A stretch of DNA of 64,000 nt from Octopus vulgaris (taxonomy: Eukaryota). Under the pieces are notes generated by a model. That model saw only the letters and a list, made by a program, of their open reading frames with translations, was not told the origin of the DNA and did no database searches. This document shows positions 1 through 12,924 of the stretch, in pieces; position 1 is the first letter of the stretch, and every line of letters starts with the position of its first letter. Where the stretch lies: NCBI GenBank assembly GCA_951406725.2, contig OX597825.1:38998001-39062000 (forward strand), given 5' to 3'. The translations under genes and the position numbers were made by a program.

Positions 1-1400
1 CACGATTAAAAGTTGTGTCATGGGGGTGACGATGGAAAATATAGTTGAATGCCAGAGGATCCTTGGACAGGGAGTCAGTAGACATGAAACAGATAACAAT
101 ACTCGTAGGAACAAAAATAACAACCACAACAGAGGGAATGACAGGGACCAACAGACAGACATAAAACCAAACACTAATATGAACAACACATACACCAGAA
201 ACAGGAACAATGAAAATATCACTAGCGATAATCAGAATGATAGTAATAATGGCAATGGTAGGAATAATGGTAAAAACAATAATAGTGTTAGTAGTAGTGG
301 AGAGGCCCAACAACTCAAGTATAGCCATACGGAGCCCCGCATATGTCCATCAGATAAAGAAAATGATCGCACATGCACTAGGAGCTAGTTTCGGCGTTAG
401 TATCGCTGGTGGTGTGGCCAAACTTTTCATGAGGCACATAGGACACCGAACTCTGGCTAGAAATTGTGAATAATAAAACAAATCCTTCATTCATACTATG
501 CCAAACCTATGGCCTCAAAATACTTAATCCACCGAACTCAGCCATTGCGGACAATGCAAAATTCAATATTTTGATGGCAGACCTCGTCAGAATAATGAGA
601 AATGTGTCATGCATGTGCGAGCCCACAGAGTTAAAGAGACACATACAATATTTCATTCACCGCATGCAGTTCTCAGGTTACAGCCATAAAGAAAGGATCA
701 GAGTATACAAAGGAGCCATTAAGAAATTTGAAAATATAATATGTAATGATAGGAATGGTATTTGCCCATTCTATAGGAACAAGTCATGGAACACTATAGA
801 AAGGACAAAAAAGAAAATAGGGAAGGCCAACTCTTGGTATGATAGCCATAAATACCAGAGTGTCATGTTCGTTGACACCACCCCTGGAGGTGAACTGGCG
901 TATCGCTTTAGAAGGACCCTAGACAAACTTAAGCTAATAATTAAGGTTGTTGAAAAGCCAGGCAACCCTATCAAATCTATAATTGGTAGAACCTATCCTT
1001 TTAGTAGAACCCCCTGTACAGATAGGTACTGTACTGTATGTAGATTTAGCCCACAAACAAACTGTAAACCCAGAAATGTAGTCTATAGTATAAGATGTAT
1101 AGAGGGACGATGCAGTAACAAGACAACGACATACGTAGGGAAACGGCAAGAAGCATAGGAGAGCGGGTAAATGCGCATTGGAGACAACTCAAAGAAGGTA
1201 AAAGCTCATCGATTCTGTACCAACACGCCGAACAAGAACACGGGGGATCAATCAATAACATAGAAATTAAAATATTATCCACACATAGATCAGATGCAAC
1301 AATTAGACAAATTACAGAAGCTACACACATAATAGAAAATAAACCTAGCCTGAATAGAAAACTAGAATGGAGCACTAACACACACCACAACATATGACGA
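1..1400 (+). mobile_element. Naiad-like Penelope-like element, degenerate copy 1 (RT with internal deletions, thumb, Cys linker, GIY-YIG)
   Basis: KMIAHALGAS..GVSIAGGVAKLFM; NAKFNILMADLVRIMRNVS; VMFVDTTPGGELA..IKVVEKPG; C-x4-C-x2-C-x7-C; VVYSIRC..YVG; frameshifted RQITEA..LNRKLEW. Homologous to 26325-27975 and 32340-33775. Confidence 0.85.
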
Positions 1401-1445
1401 TAGAGGATCCTGAAAACATAATAAATACACAGATAAATAAATAAA

Positions 1446-1490
<45 letters not shown>

Positions 1491-1507
1491 GTGTGTATAT
1501 GTATATG

Positions 1508-1559
<52 letters not shown>

Positions 1560-1927
1560 CGATTCAATTTATTATTATTATTACTAGTATTGTTGTTATA
1601 CATACATACATACAAGCATATGTAATGATAGTAATGGGTGGATGTAAACACATGAACAAAATAAGAATAAAGAAAAACAAACACAAAAACATGAACAAAA
1701 AAAATACGAAAAATACAAAATACAAATTACATGAACATATAAAATTACAAATTACATGAACATATATAAACAGAAGATACAAATATTACAGGCATCCTCC
1801 ACATACACACACTAAATAAACATAAACACACAGAGATATAAGCATGCGCAAATGAAGACATACAATAGAAATACATAATGGCTAACGGTTAGTAAGGAGA
1901 GACACAAATAAGTGAGAAGAAAACAAA

Positions 1928-1972
1928 GGACCACTGATGCGGTCACAGGAGTGTGACGAAAGAACTCTGGCC
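1928..1972 (+). ncRNA. Minimal type I hammerhead ribozyme, degenerate core, in the 3' tail of Naiad-like copy 1
   Basis: CCA-CTGATGC-G-GTCACA(GGAG)TGTGAC-GAAAG-AA-CTC-TGG; core has C in place of the conserved A9. Confidence 0.65.
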
Positions 1973-2149
1973 GAAATAAGATTAAGATTAATGTAAAAAA
2001 TAAATAACACTGAAGCAAAATAACACCAAATATATAGTGCGTGTGTTTTTATTGGCTAAACTGGCAAAATGACCATTCCGAAATATAACAATATCTGTTT
2101 CAACACACGACTTCACATAAAAAATCTTGCACAACAAATATTTAAACGT

Positions 2150-2180
2150 ATATACATATACATATATATGTATATATATA

Positions 2181-2224
<44 letters not shown>

Positions 2225-2348
2225 TATTTATACATATATATTTGTGTATGTGTATATATACGTATATATATACCTATATATATGTATATACATACGTATA
2301 TATATGTATATATATATATATATATATACATACATACATATATACATA

Positions 2349-2430
<82 letters not shown>
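2150..2430. repeat. (TA)n/(TACA)n compound microsatellite, representative of dozens of (TA)n, (CA)n and (GA)n tracts in the window
   Basis: Directly visible; such tracts generate the [12 protein letters not shown] ORFs. Confidence 0.98.
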
Positions 2431-2432
<2 letters not shown>

Positions 2433-3489
2433 GCATATTCATACATATACATATTCGTGTGCATGCACATGCATTATTATCCCTATGTATAAAATATTAA
2501 CAAATATACTCACGTATGTATTTGTGTGCTTGAACGTGTGGCGTTCATCAATACCATTTTAAAGTTATATACGTTATTCTCAGGTGAACTTTCGTAAACT
2601 AGTGATTGGGACACGAAACCTGAACAAAATTCATGTTTTTTTTCGTTGCAAACAATATTATAGTCCTTTATAAACATTACATATATATGTATAAACATTT
2701 ACAGTGTGGTTTACATGTATACAGATTAGATGATTTTGACAATCTCTGCATATGTTAAAACGGCGCTCATGTATATGTAAGTCTGCAAAATTTGAATATG
2801 TCTGTATTTACATCGCTGAAACCTCTGTGCATACGTTCCGTAAATGCCGGGGAGATTTAATAGGTATGCCAAAAATCTTCTCTTTAAGTCTATAATGTAC
2901 ACAGGTCATGTTTAAAATTTTCCTAAATATTTGCCCATTTCGTTCTCGAGAGCATTCATGGGAAAATAACGTGTCTCTGCGTAATGACTGTAATTTATAA
3001 AGTCTTCTATATATTTCAAAGATAAAAAAAAAACATACATGTAAAGTAAAATGGTTGCCGAGGCATACACACTACAAACGACGTAGTATTAAATTGGAAG
3101 GTAGCGTTGTATATGGGAATAAAATCGGTGAAACCAGAGTTGCTATTAAATGCATTGTAATTTGAAGTCTTAATTGTAAAGGCAATATCTTCGATTATAT
3201 TCTCAGTTATAAAATTTTGGCTAGATTTCGTCAGATTCGTTGACGTATACATCAGTTTTAATGACTTCGTTTGTTGGTGTGAATTTACATATAGTTAATG
3301 GTAAGCGATGGAATTAGATTAATTGCTCTTCATAGTTAAATATTTAATGAATTGTTTTGAGATATGTGCTAATGATGTTTATAAGGTGCTCATGTATATC
3401 ATAATATTCCTGAAATGTACATATACGTACATTGAAGCATAGATATACATATGCTGATATATGCATAACATACGTATAGATAAATGTCA

Positions 3490-3524
<35 letters not shown>

Positions 3525-3641
3525 TCTGTGTATGTATGTGTGTGTGTTTGTGTGTATATATATATGTATGTATGTGCATATATATATATATATATGTATG
3601 TTTATATACATATATATATGTATTTGTCTCTGTGTGTATGT

Positions 3642-3675
<34 letters not shown>

Positions 3676-5325
3676 TTGTATGTGTATATGGATTTATACC
3701 GTTGTATTAAACTTTTATTCAGAGATTAGTGACTGAAAACCAAACGTAAGTTAGGAATATGATATTGAGGTTAGATCACGAATATAATGTTTTCAAAAAC
3801 AAAGTTTTATCGCCGACACAGAAGCTCATATTACATTTAAGTTTGTATTTCTTAACTGAATTTGGTTGCGTATACGAATCGTGAGAAACTTATTGTTATA
3901 ATATATGTATCTGAATATGAATATGTGTGCACGTGTATTTGTCTGTGTAAGTATGTGTATGCGTGTATGCCTTTATATGTATTAAATTTTGTGCCTCTAC
4001 ATCTGTCTATACTCTGTGTTCTTTCATCTGAAATATATTTTAAATAATATAGACGAGATTAAATCAAATTATAGGAGTCGTTAGATTGTTGATACGAGAT
4101 ACATCATTTGACACTTGCGTCGGATAGATCTAACAATGATTTCTGGAAGGGTATTTGCAAGTCTTAACTGTCTCATCTCAAAGTGTAGAAGCTAGTGATG
4201 CGAAGAATTCAATGAAAGACAAAAAAATATTCATTGCTGTGAATCTGGGATGGACCGATAGTTAATGTACAATAGATGACAATATTGGTATAAACATAAT
4301 TTATCACACCGATTTTGCTTTCACTTACTTTCTACTATAGAAGAAATATACTATAAGATAATGTTAACAACAGCGTAGATTCACACATGATACCATTCCC
4401 TGAAACTATATCTACATACTTTCCGCTCAAGAAATATGTTATCATAAGATAATATCCGACGAAGACACAGTGGTTGTTGAGGTGTACGGCAGCTAACTTC
4501 AACTCTTACAGTCCCAGTTCCTTTGAATAAAATGAATCGAATTCGCGCGCATATCTATACACTAATGTTCGAATACCGGTTCATATTCAGTGCGGACCAA
4601 ACTGCAACGTTATATCTAATATATATGAACAAAATCTTTCAATTCCCATGCACAAACCCACAGGCATGCGTACACTAATATACCTCAAAATGCACGCTAT
4701 AGAAATTTGTAATATAAACCTCATATTTAAATCGAATGTATACTATGCTTCAACAAGTGCATATTATAACACCTATATTGTATGTAATTTTACTTAGAAA
4801 CAGGCACACGTTTAACAATATGCTATGAATTAAATGCAAGTAAACTAAGGGGAATGCCACGTACTATCAAAATACCGAATGAGTCAAACTTTTATTAACA
4901 TCAAGGAAAGGTTTACGATTAATATCCAAAGATTTACTAGAAAAATGAGTATTGCTAGAGATGTAATACGTCCAAATCTTTGTCGTTTCACAATTTGATG
5001 ACGACTACATATTACATTTCACAATGTGTTATTAATCTATGAAACTTTATTGTAGGGTCTACTGTTTGGGAAGCAACATATCACAGATAAAGAAAAAATC
5101 TATGGAAATACCTCAATGTCATCGTCGTTGGGTGTAACTATAATGTAACGGGAATGTGTCGCAAAATGCTAAATTTAAACTTGATTATAATAAAAAGATG
5201 GAAGTTATGTATTTGTATGTACGTATGGATATATGTATATATATATATATATATATATACATTGCATTTTCAAACCTTCTTTCATATATAATTCCACTCG
5301 TGCGCTACCTTACATCTCCACTTTG

Positions 5326-5373
<48 letters not shown>

Positions 5374-5619
5374 TATATATATACATGTATTAGGTATATA
5401 CATATGTGTATATGTTTTTTATATATACAATAAAAATGAACACCTGTGTGTGTTTCTGTCTATCTATCCATCTATAACACGAAAGGGTACAGCATCTATA
5501 TAAAACCAAAAAGCTAATCATTCTGTAAAACTTTACGCTGAAGACAATGTAAAAGGTCCCGAATCTCTACGTTCCATCCTACAGGGTCCTTTTGGAACGT
5601 GTTTGATGTAGGCCTGTTC

Positions 5620-6095
5620 CCAAATAATTGAACGGTCGAAGGGATAGCTTTGCTTACACTAATATAGTCTGAGGTTGACAAATATTTGTTCGAAATGGCA
5701 ATCATGACATCAAAGAATATTACAGTGAGTAATTTAAATGAGACTTGAGAAAATTTTCCCAGGGAATGAACATACTTACAAATATGTAATCTTTGTTGTT
5801 CACGACTCGGGAATTGTTAATTACCCGGTTCAGTTCTTAAACTCACTAGAGCGACAAGCAGCTCCTCATTATTTTCCATTGAAAATAGGATCTCCAATCA
5901 TGACTCTGCAGAAATTTTCTCAACTGAAGGTGTGCAATGACATAAGACTTGTCATGAAGAAATTAATGAGAAATGTCATATAGGCCACAATAATTACTGT
6001 CTGTGGAAAGGCGAAGATGTGTTTATTCCTCGTTTACCTTTAATACCTTCCAATAAGCCCCGCGAATTCAAACGACTTCAATTTCGAATATGTCT
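5620..6095 (+). pseudogene. Helitron-type Pif1-like helicase fragment
   Basis: FPGNEHTYK..NYPVQFLNSL..PHYFPLKIGSPIM..KVCNDIRL..NVI*ATIIT..GEDVFIPRLPLIPS..EFKRLQF, with a stop and frameshifts. Confidence 0.85.
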
Positions 6096-6604
6096 TTTGG
6101 ACTTTTTCAACTGAGAGTAAAACAAACAATTGAATTGAAGAAAAATTTTAAGGAAATGCTTTTAAATGTTATTTCCATAGTCATCAAATAGGTAGGACAT
6201 TTTCCTTTTTTCTGTCTGTCTCTCTCTTTAACTTTTGTGAAGGCTCGGAAGGCATTAGCAGATCTAAAGAGATTGTGAATAAAGATGCTTAGGAATATTC
6301 CTTCTGGATTTTGATTGCATAAACAGCAACAGCATCTGAGGAACGAAAATGTGAAGAAAATGGAGTAGGAAACGAAGAGAAAGCAGAAGAAAGAAAATAA
6401 AGACTGGTGTGGTATGACAGTACTAGACTATTCGTGGGATCTTCCTGAATGGTCAAGTAATCTGAAAGTGACCTGTTTTTGCTTTAGCAATAGAGAGTGG
6501 AATTGTTCTGAATAATGTCATGGGTAGTGACTCTCCTGAATATGTCGTTTTACTATTTGCTTGAGTATCATTCTAAGATCCTTGTAGTAGTGCCATCTGT
6601 GATG

Positions 6605-7185
6605 AAAGCATTGAAACAGGGTTTATAGATTGCAATAAAATATAATTCTCTGCTAATGCACTTATTATAGGTTTCATTGTCTCTGAATTTATAGAGGAAA
6701 AAATTCTGAAGTTGTGTTGTTCGTTGGTGACACAAATGTCCATGTGTTCGCTTAATGCTATTTTTCTGTATTACCGAATTAGAATCTGGTATCTATGTAC
6801 GGTCATCCTCTGGAGTAGACTGTTTTTGGTTTGTCTTATTTATTGCTCTCAACACCCTGAGAAAATTAACACATATATTAGTGTTTGCAAACCATATGTG
6901 ATGTTGTTTTTCACTGCAAAACTTTGACCCTGTTTGAAGGAGAACTCCGAAACCTCAATTACGTTAGCGCATATGCAATAGTTAGGTCTTCGGCATTTTT
7001 ACTGGCGGTTTCAATGTCGCTAACGAGTGTACTGGGGCTTGTGTTAGAAGACTATTCATTGACTTGGGTTGCCCTTTGCTCTTTATGACGGTGTGCGTTT
7101 GGAGAATTTAATTCATTCTGTGGTCTCTTTTAAGTAGGGGAATATTCTGGAGGGTGTTGTCGAAAGGGTCATTGTTTAGGAGGTT
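6605..7185 (-). mobile_element. Neptune/Poseidon-like PLE fragment (Cys linker and GIY-YIG endonuclease)
   Basis: Minus-strand translation KCRRPNYCIC..LIYVLIFSGC*EQ*IRQT..QRMTVHRYQI..LSEHMDIC..RELYFIAIYKPCFN; similar to 62895-63215. Confidence 0.75.
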
Positions 7186-7204
7186 GTGTGTGGATATGTA
7201 TGGT

Positions 7205-7692
7205 AGAGATTTCCCAATATCTACCGTTCAACTCATGCTATTCCAGATACACTAGAATGAGTAGCCATTTCAACCTGTCAAAAAGGATTTGTCGTACAGT
7301 ATCTGATACAAGCAGCAGGGACACACGACTGCATGAGCGAAAGGATACACTCATCAACAGAAACTATTCACCCTCACTAACAGATGTAGGTTTTCAACGT
7401 GCCCTATAACTCAACATCCACGATCACAGACATCGTAAACAAAAGAAGGATTTACAATCAAAAGCCCAGCAACACACATCCACAGGCAACCTCCTAATCA
7501 AGAAACCCTTCGAGAGTACCCACCAAAACATTCCTCTACTAAAAAGGGACCACAGAATAAAATTAATCCTCCAAACCCATCATAAGGACCAAAAGACAAC
7601 ACAAGTCAAGTAAAAGTCTTGTAAAAAAGCCCAACGACACTCGTCAATAAAATTGAAACCGTCAGTAAAAAAATGTGGAAGACCTAACTGTG
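7205..7692 (+). mobile_element. Neptune/Poseidon-like PLE fragment (RT thumb and linker), divergent from and partly homologous to the adjacent minus-strand copy
   Basis: QYLPFNSC..FNLSKRICRTVSD..RDTRLHE..LINRNY; ends in KKCGRPNC; 7505-7575 matches the reverse complement of about 7095-7170. Confidence 0.75.
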
Positions 7693-7763
7693 TTAGATGA
7701 GTGAAGGAATCAGAACAATTAGGCGGGCAAGACAGATGAAAATTATATAAAAAACAGAATTAC

Positions 7764-7839
7764 TCACAGACCGGCGGTTTCGTCTATCAACAAAAGAATT
7801 ACTTATATAATCCAATTGTCCGTACACTCGTCAGTGCGA
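7764..7839 (-). ncRNA. Type I hammerhead ribozyme (inverted copy)
   Basis: Reverse complement reads TCGCA-CTGACGA-GTGTA...TAGAC-GAAACCGCCGGTC-TGTGA; one stem II mismatch. Confidence 0.8.
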
Positions 7840-8306
7840 TCGTTTCAACAGGTAGTGTAATTTGAAAAACTAATCCCAGCTTTCTGTGCCAAAACAGACA
7901 CATGTTTAGTTTTACCGATTACATTAGGGATAATTTCAAATGTTTTAGTTCTGGCGCGCTAAAAATTCCGGAAGCGAAGGACTGCTGTAAATAATTTACT
8001 GCAGTTAATGCTGCCTATTAGAGAACATATTTATTTTAATATTTAAATAATGAGGGAGATAAATTAATATTAATTTAATTAAAATCAATTTAAAACCAGT
8101 AGCCTAGTATTAAAAAAATCTGAAAAATCAGAGAAAATTCTAATACATGTGTATATTCAAAGGGCAAGACCAAGGTAGTCGGCCGTATGCTAGAAATAGA
8201 TCACATTTGAAATTATCCCTAATGTAATCGGTAAAACTGAACACGTGTCTGTTTTGGCACAGAAAACTGGGGTTAGTTTTTCAAATTACATTACCTGTCG
8301 GAACGA

Positions 8307-8382
8307 TCGCACTGACGAGTCTACGGACAATTGGATTATATAAGTAATTCATTTGTTGATAGACGAAACCGCCGGTCTGTGA
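8307..8382 (+). ncRNA. Type I hammerhead ribozyme with intact core and extended stem II
   Basis: Stem I TCGCA/TGTGA; core CTGACGA; stem II GTCTA..GACAA..GGATTA/TAATTC..TTGTT..TAGAC; GAAA; stem III ACCG/CGGT; GTC cleavage triplet ending at 8377. Confidence 0.88.
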
Positions 8383-8535
8383 GTAATTCTGTTTTTTTAT
8401 ATAATCTTCATCTGTCTTGCCCGCCTAATTGTTCTGGTGTCCGCTGAATTTCCTCTAGAGAACATTCTTTGTAGTTTGATCGTTGGTGATCTATTTCTTG
8501 CATACGGCCGACTAACAAGTGGTCTTGCCCTTTGA

Positions 8536-8588
<53 letters not shown>

Positions 8589-8636
8589 CACATATATGTG
8601 TGTTTCCTACAACTCCACTTTGTTATATATCTATAT

Positions 8637-8750
8637 ATAGGCGCAGGAATGGCCGTGTGGATAGAAGCTTCCCAAACACGAAGTTCCGGATTCAGTCCCA
8701 TAGCGTGGACCTTGGTCACGTGTCTCCTATTATAGCTTCGGGCCGACCAA
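8637..8750 (+). mobile_element. Diverged 5' part of an OK-type tRNA-derived SINE
   Basis: ATAGGCGCAGGAATGGCCGTGTGG (A box-like)..GATTCAGTCCC (B box-like)..GGGCCGACCAA, homologous to other copies. Confidence 0.75.
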
Positions 8751-8933
8751 CGGTTACCAGAAGGACCCTACTCTACCATCTTCATGAAACTGAACAGCCA
8801 TGTTCAATAGAATCCATGTGAATAACTTTCAATATTCATAGTATAATTTTGGCGGATTTCCTCAACCCAGTCGACGTCGGGCATTTCTGTTAGTATATAC
8901 ATATATACACACTCACACACACACACACACATA

Positions 8934-9321
8934 CACTTTACTCTTTACTCTTTTACTTGTTTCAGTCATTCGACTGCGGCCATGCCGGAGCACCGCCTTT
9001 AGTCGAGCAAATCGACCCCGGGACTTATTCTTTGTAAGCCCAGTACTTATTCTATCGGTCTCTTTTGCCGAACCGCTATGTGACGGGACGTAAAAACACC
9101 AGCATCGGTTGTCAAGCAATGCTAGGGGGACAAACACAGACACACAAACACACACACCCATACATATATATTCATATATACGACAGGCTTCTTTCAGTTT
9201 CCGTCTACCAAATCCACTCACAAGGCATTGGTCGGCCCGGGGCTATAGCAGAAGACACTTGCCCAAGATGCCATGCAGTGGGACTGAACCCGGAACCATG
9301 TGGTTGGTTAGCAAGCTACTT
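8934..9321 (-). mobile_element. OK-type SINE, B box, body and tail (head separated by the Tx1 insertion)
   Basis: Colinear with the intact copy at 50452-50900; tail ends in GAGTAAA repeats. Confidence 0.92.
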
Positions 9322-9552
9322 TATTTCATATAATTTGCCATTTAGGCATTTACAAAGAGGGGACAAACAAAGACAGACAAATATAAAGGGTGAAGTAGCT
9401 TAACACAGTTAAAATTTTCGAATAAAATTACGGATAAGATTATAAACAATGAGTTTTACGAAGACAATGTTTAAAAATATTATTAATGATCATGTCGAAG
9501 GACGGACACCCAGCCATCCGGGTTGAACCTTTACTTTTTGATCTGGTCACAC

Positions 9553-12500
9553 TTACCTTGTGCCAAACATACCCAACTTGCATGCCACAGGCTTCCATCT
9601 TTTCACAAACATATCTCGTGACAGACACATCTTCTCCAGCCTGATTTTGCTACTGAGGTGGTAACTAAAAAAGTTAATCAACCCCTGGCCGGAGACAAAG
9701 GTGCCTGTCACTATACCTTTCGTACGCGTCTTCCATACTGTTTCTACACAGAAAAAACAAGCCTTTCTTTCCCTGTTAAGGAAAGGAGGCGGCACAATCT
9801 CGATGATAGACTCAGCTGTACTCTTCCCATCACTGACAACAGTTGTTCAGCAAAAGCTATCAGTCCCGATAACTCCGGACACTCCGCGAATGCGTGCAAG
9901 ACGGTCTCCCTATCCTGCTCACATCGCGGGCATCTCGGCGAGACGGCACTTCCGTGCCTTGACAGCTTGTCGCGAACAGGTAAAGCGGCACGGAAACACT
10001 GCCAGGCCAGGGATTTCTGATAATTATCCAGATACCCCGGCCCGAACGTCCTCCGGAACAGGTTGACCAACTGATTTTCATCGTAGCCCAGGGTCTCCCC
10101 CAAGGCGTCTTCGGACTTAACCTCCACTAACCCGCTATAGACATCCGTGGTGGAACTCCTGTTGCCGGCGTTGCCCGCCCGAGAGAGTAGCTGGAGCGCC
10201 TGACGGCACTCCAAATGCCATTCACTCAGTTTAGTTCTCCGCTTGATCCATGCACCGATGTCCGTTAGGGATGTTAACTGGGGAAGGTAGAACCGGACGT
10301 GTGGTGACCACACCTGCTCTCCATCCAGGTAAAGCCAGAGGTGCCTCAACCTTAACGCGAGTTTTCGCATCCTCAGCCAAGGCATCCCTAGCCCACCCTT
10401 TAGCGGTTTCTGGCAGCAGACAGAGCGCTTTACAAGTGGCTTTCCTCCTTTCCACAAAAATCGGAAAAGGATTCTCTCCAACTTGTTCAACCACAAATCG
10501 GGGAAAGGCACCACGGTCAGACGGTAGGTGATTACTGATGCTATAAACATCTGCACCACCTCCGCCTTCCCTAGCAGGGGTAACGCCCGCCCAGACCAGG
10601 TCTGGGTTTGAGCGGTCACCTTGTTGGCCACCTCACTCCAATTTTTCTCAATCTGGAGGTCTGGCCCGAACCAGACTCCAAGCAGCTTAACAGGACCTTC
10701 AATCCAACGCCCTACGACGTTATTGGACGGCATCGGCTTGCCCCTCCAGGTGCCGAGTTGCAAACCGACCGACTTGTCCTTGTTAACCTTTGCTCCTGCC
10801 ACAGCCTCGTAGCTTTTGATGGCCTCTTCCACCACTGGAAGCTGGCCTTCGTCTGCCACGCTGATGGAGGTGTCATCCGCATACGCCGTAGCTCCTCTTC
10901 CACACCCCTAGTGCTTCCTAGTGCCTCCAACTTCCGCAGCAAAGGCTCAAGAGCCAATACGTAAAGGAGCGAGGACAGGGGACACCCTTGACGAACTGAA
11001 CGCTCGATCCTGAACGGCTTCGAAAAGAAACCGTTCATCCTGACTACAGACTCGATGTCGTTATACAAAGCAGCGATCCAACCTCGAAAGGTCGGGCCTA
11101 GGCCAGCCTCTCCGAGGACCGCCGCCAAGTACCGATGGTCGACCCTATCAAATGCTTTGGACTGGTCTAAATGTACCAGTGCTCCCCCTGCGCCAGAAAG
11201 CTTCCCCACCCTCTCTAAGGAGTAGCGTATAAGGTGGAGATTGTCGTGGATCGTTCTGCCAGGGATAGCGCACGTTTGCGCTTCCCCGACAAGTTTGTCC
11301 ACGGCCCGCGCCAACATTTTTGCTAGCACCTTGGCCAGAATCTTTAACTCTGTGTTCAACAGAGTTATGGGCCTGAAGTTCCCTCTTTCGTCCCCCTTGA
11401 TCGGGTCCTTCCTGATCAACGTCAGCACCCCCCGGCTCGCAGACTTGGGAATTCTCCCATTCTGCTGCCAGTTGGCGTAGGCGCTAGCCAGCAGGTGCCC
11501 GAACAAGTCTGGCATACTTTTATAAAATTCATAGGGCAGACCATCGAGACCCGGCGACTTCTCCCCGGGACACTTGCCCAACACCTCGATTAATTCCCCG
11601 GCTGTGATTGGCCCTTCACAGCACTCAGCCTCCCGTGTTGAGAGGCGCGGGCCACCAGACAGGAAGTCTCTAAGGGCCTCATCATGATCCAGCTTCCCGC
11701 ACCTCCCGAACAACTCGGCGAATTGCTTGTGAAGTGCCTCACACATCTCGTCCCGCTTCTTGATCGTGCATCCGTTTTCATCAACAAGAGACCCAATTGT
11801 GGCATCGCTGCCCACGCTGTGTTTCTATCGTACGGGCCCATCCGGCGACATTAATTCCCTCACGGCCCAATGCTCGTACTTTAACCCGAACTCTACATCC
11901 CTCATGTTTGGTTTTGAGGTGACGGTCCAATGCCGTTCTCGCCGCTAAAATGTGAGATGCAGAGCCCAACCTCAATTCCCTCCTCTAAGTTCTTAACTAG
12001 TTGCCCTTCTATTCTAGCCCTATCTAGTCTTAGTTGTTTACTAAATCTAATGGACTCGAATCGAATGGCTCTTTTGAGGGCGAACCACCACCGGTTATTT
12101 AACACGGCTCCGGTTAACGCCCTCTGCACAAACCCCTTAATCCGGTTACGGTATGCCTCGCGAGTCACAATAGACTTGTTCAGCTTCCAGTAGCCGGTTC
12201 CTATCTTAAGTGTGCTATCTATGTCCAGTCTACACTTGACCATTCTATGGCCAGTATAGGGCAACTGGACGAGCTGTGGACAACTAAAACTAGACTTATC
12301 TCTAGTTCTTATCACTATCCTGTCTAGATAAGACTTGAACCTTCCGTCGCCACTCACCCAGGTCCACTCTGGGACGTTCGGATGGTCAAGTCTGTAACGA
12401 TCTGCCAACTGAAACCGCTTAAGCAGATCCACGAGACGTGAGTTCACTTTCCTATAGATCGAGCCAACGCTATCGATGTGTACGTCAACGATAGCATTAA

Positions 12501-12924
12501 AGTCCCCTAATATCACTAAAGTCTTCGACGTCACGAGAAAGCCCTCTAGGCGCCGATAAAAGTCAGTTTGGAAATCTCTAGCACAAGGTGCATAGAGTCC
12601 GATCAACCTGAAGGCCTTACTGCTGTATGTCACATCAAGGACGACCAGCCCACCTTCTGGGTCTACATAGACTGTACTTGTCTGCAGAGCCAAGTCTTTA
12701 CGGATCAGTACCACTACACCCCCTCGCCCTCCGGTCTGGCCAGGAGACATGATTTTCTCGTAGCCATTCAGGAGAGGCGAGAAGGTTTGTAGGCTGTCCA
12801 GCTTGGTCTCTGTAGCAACCATCACATGTATATCATGTGATCTGAGGTCGTCGAGGAAACAAGCCTGCTTCCACTTCAAACTCAAACCACGCACATTTAA
12901 ACAACCAAGGTTAAGAGAAGCCAT
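9553..12924 (-). pseudogene. Tx1 ORF2 (APE endonuclease, reverse transcriptase, zinc finger), frameshifted
   Basis: LNVRGL, LGDFNA, SYLDRI, GYWKLN, KSPGLDGLPYEFY, NFRPITLLN, LDQSKAFDRVDH, VRQGCPLS, AYADD near 10870-10888, GGLG, CPRC..ETVLHAFAEC; spread over ORFs 11902-12924, 10712-11815, 9744-10859 and 9553-9795. Confidence 0.92.

Larger units (their letters stand above)
7711..8541. mobile_element. Rearranged PLE terminal-repeat (pLTR) cluster with two inverted repeat pairs
   Basis: 7711-7942 is the reverse complement of 8203-8436; 8151-8204 is the reverse complement of 8486-8541; contains hammerheads and ends at (TA)n. Confidence 0.75.

Noticed and set aside
980-1130. Selenocysteine (UGA) recoding as described for some Naiad elements
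   Set aside because: The linker cysteine positions I could read in the three Naiad-like copies are not TGA, and I recognised no SECIS.
1046-2562. Many ORFs rich in YI, CV, HT or LSIY repeats (here and across the window)
   Set aside because: Translations of stop-free microsatellites, not genes.
2700-3200. Possible very old PLE RT on the minus strand (DF..YTTLP, GIP)
   Set aside because: Motifs too degraded and frameshifted to support a call.
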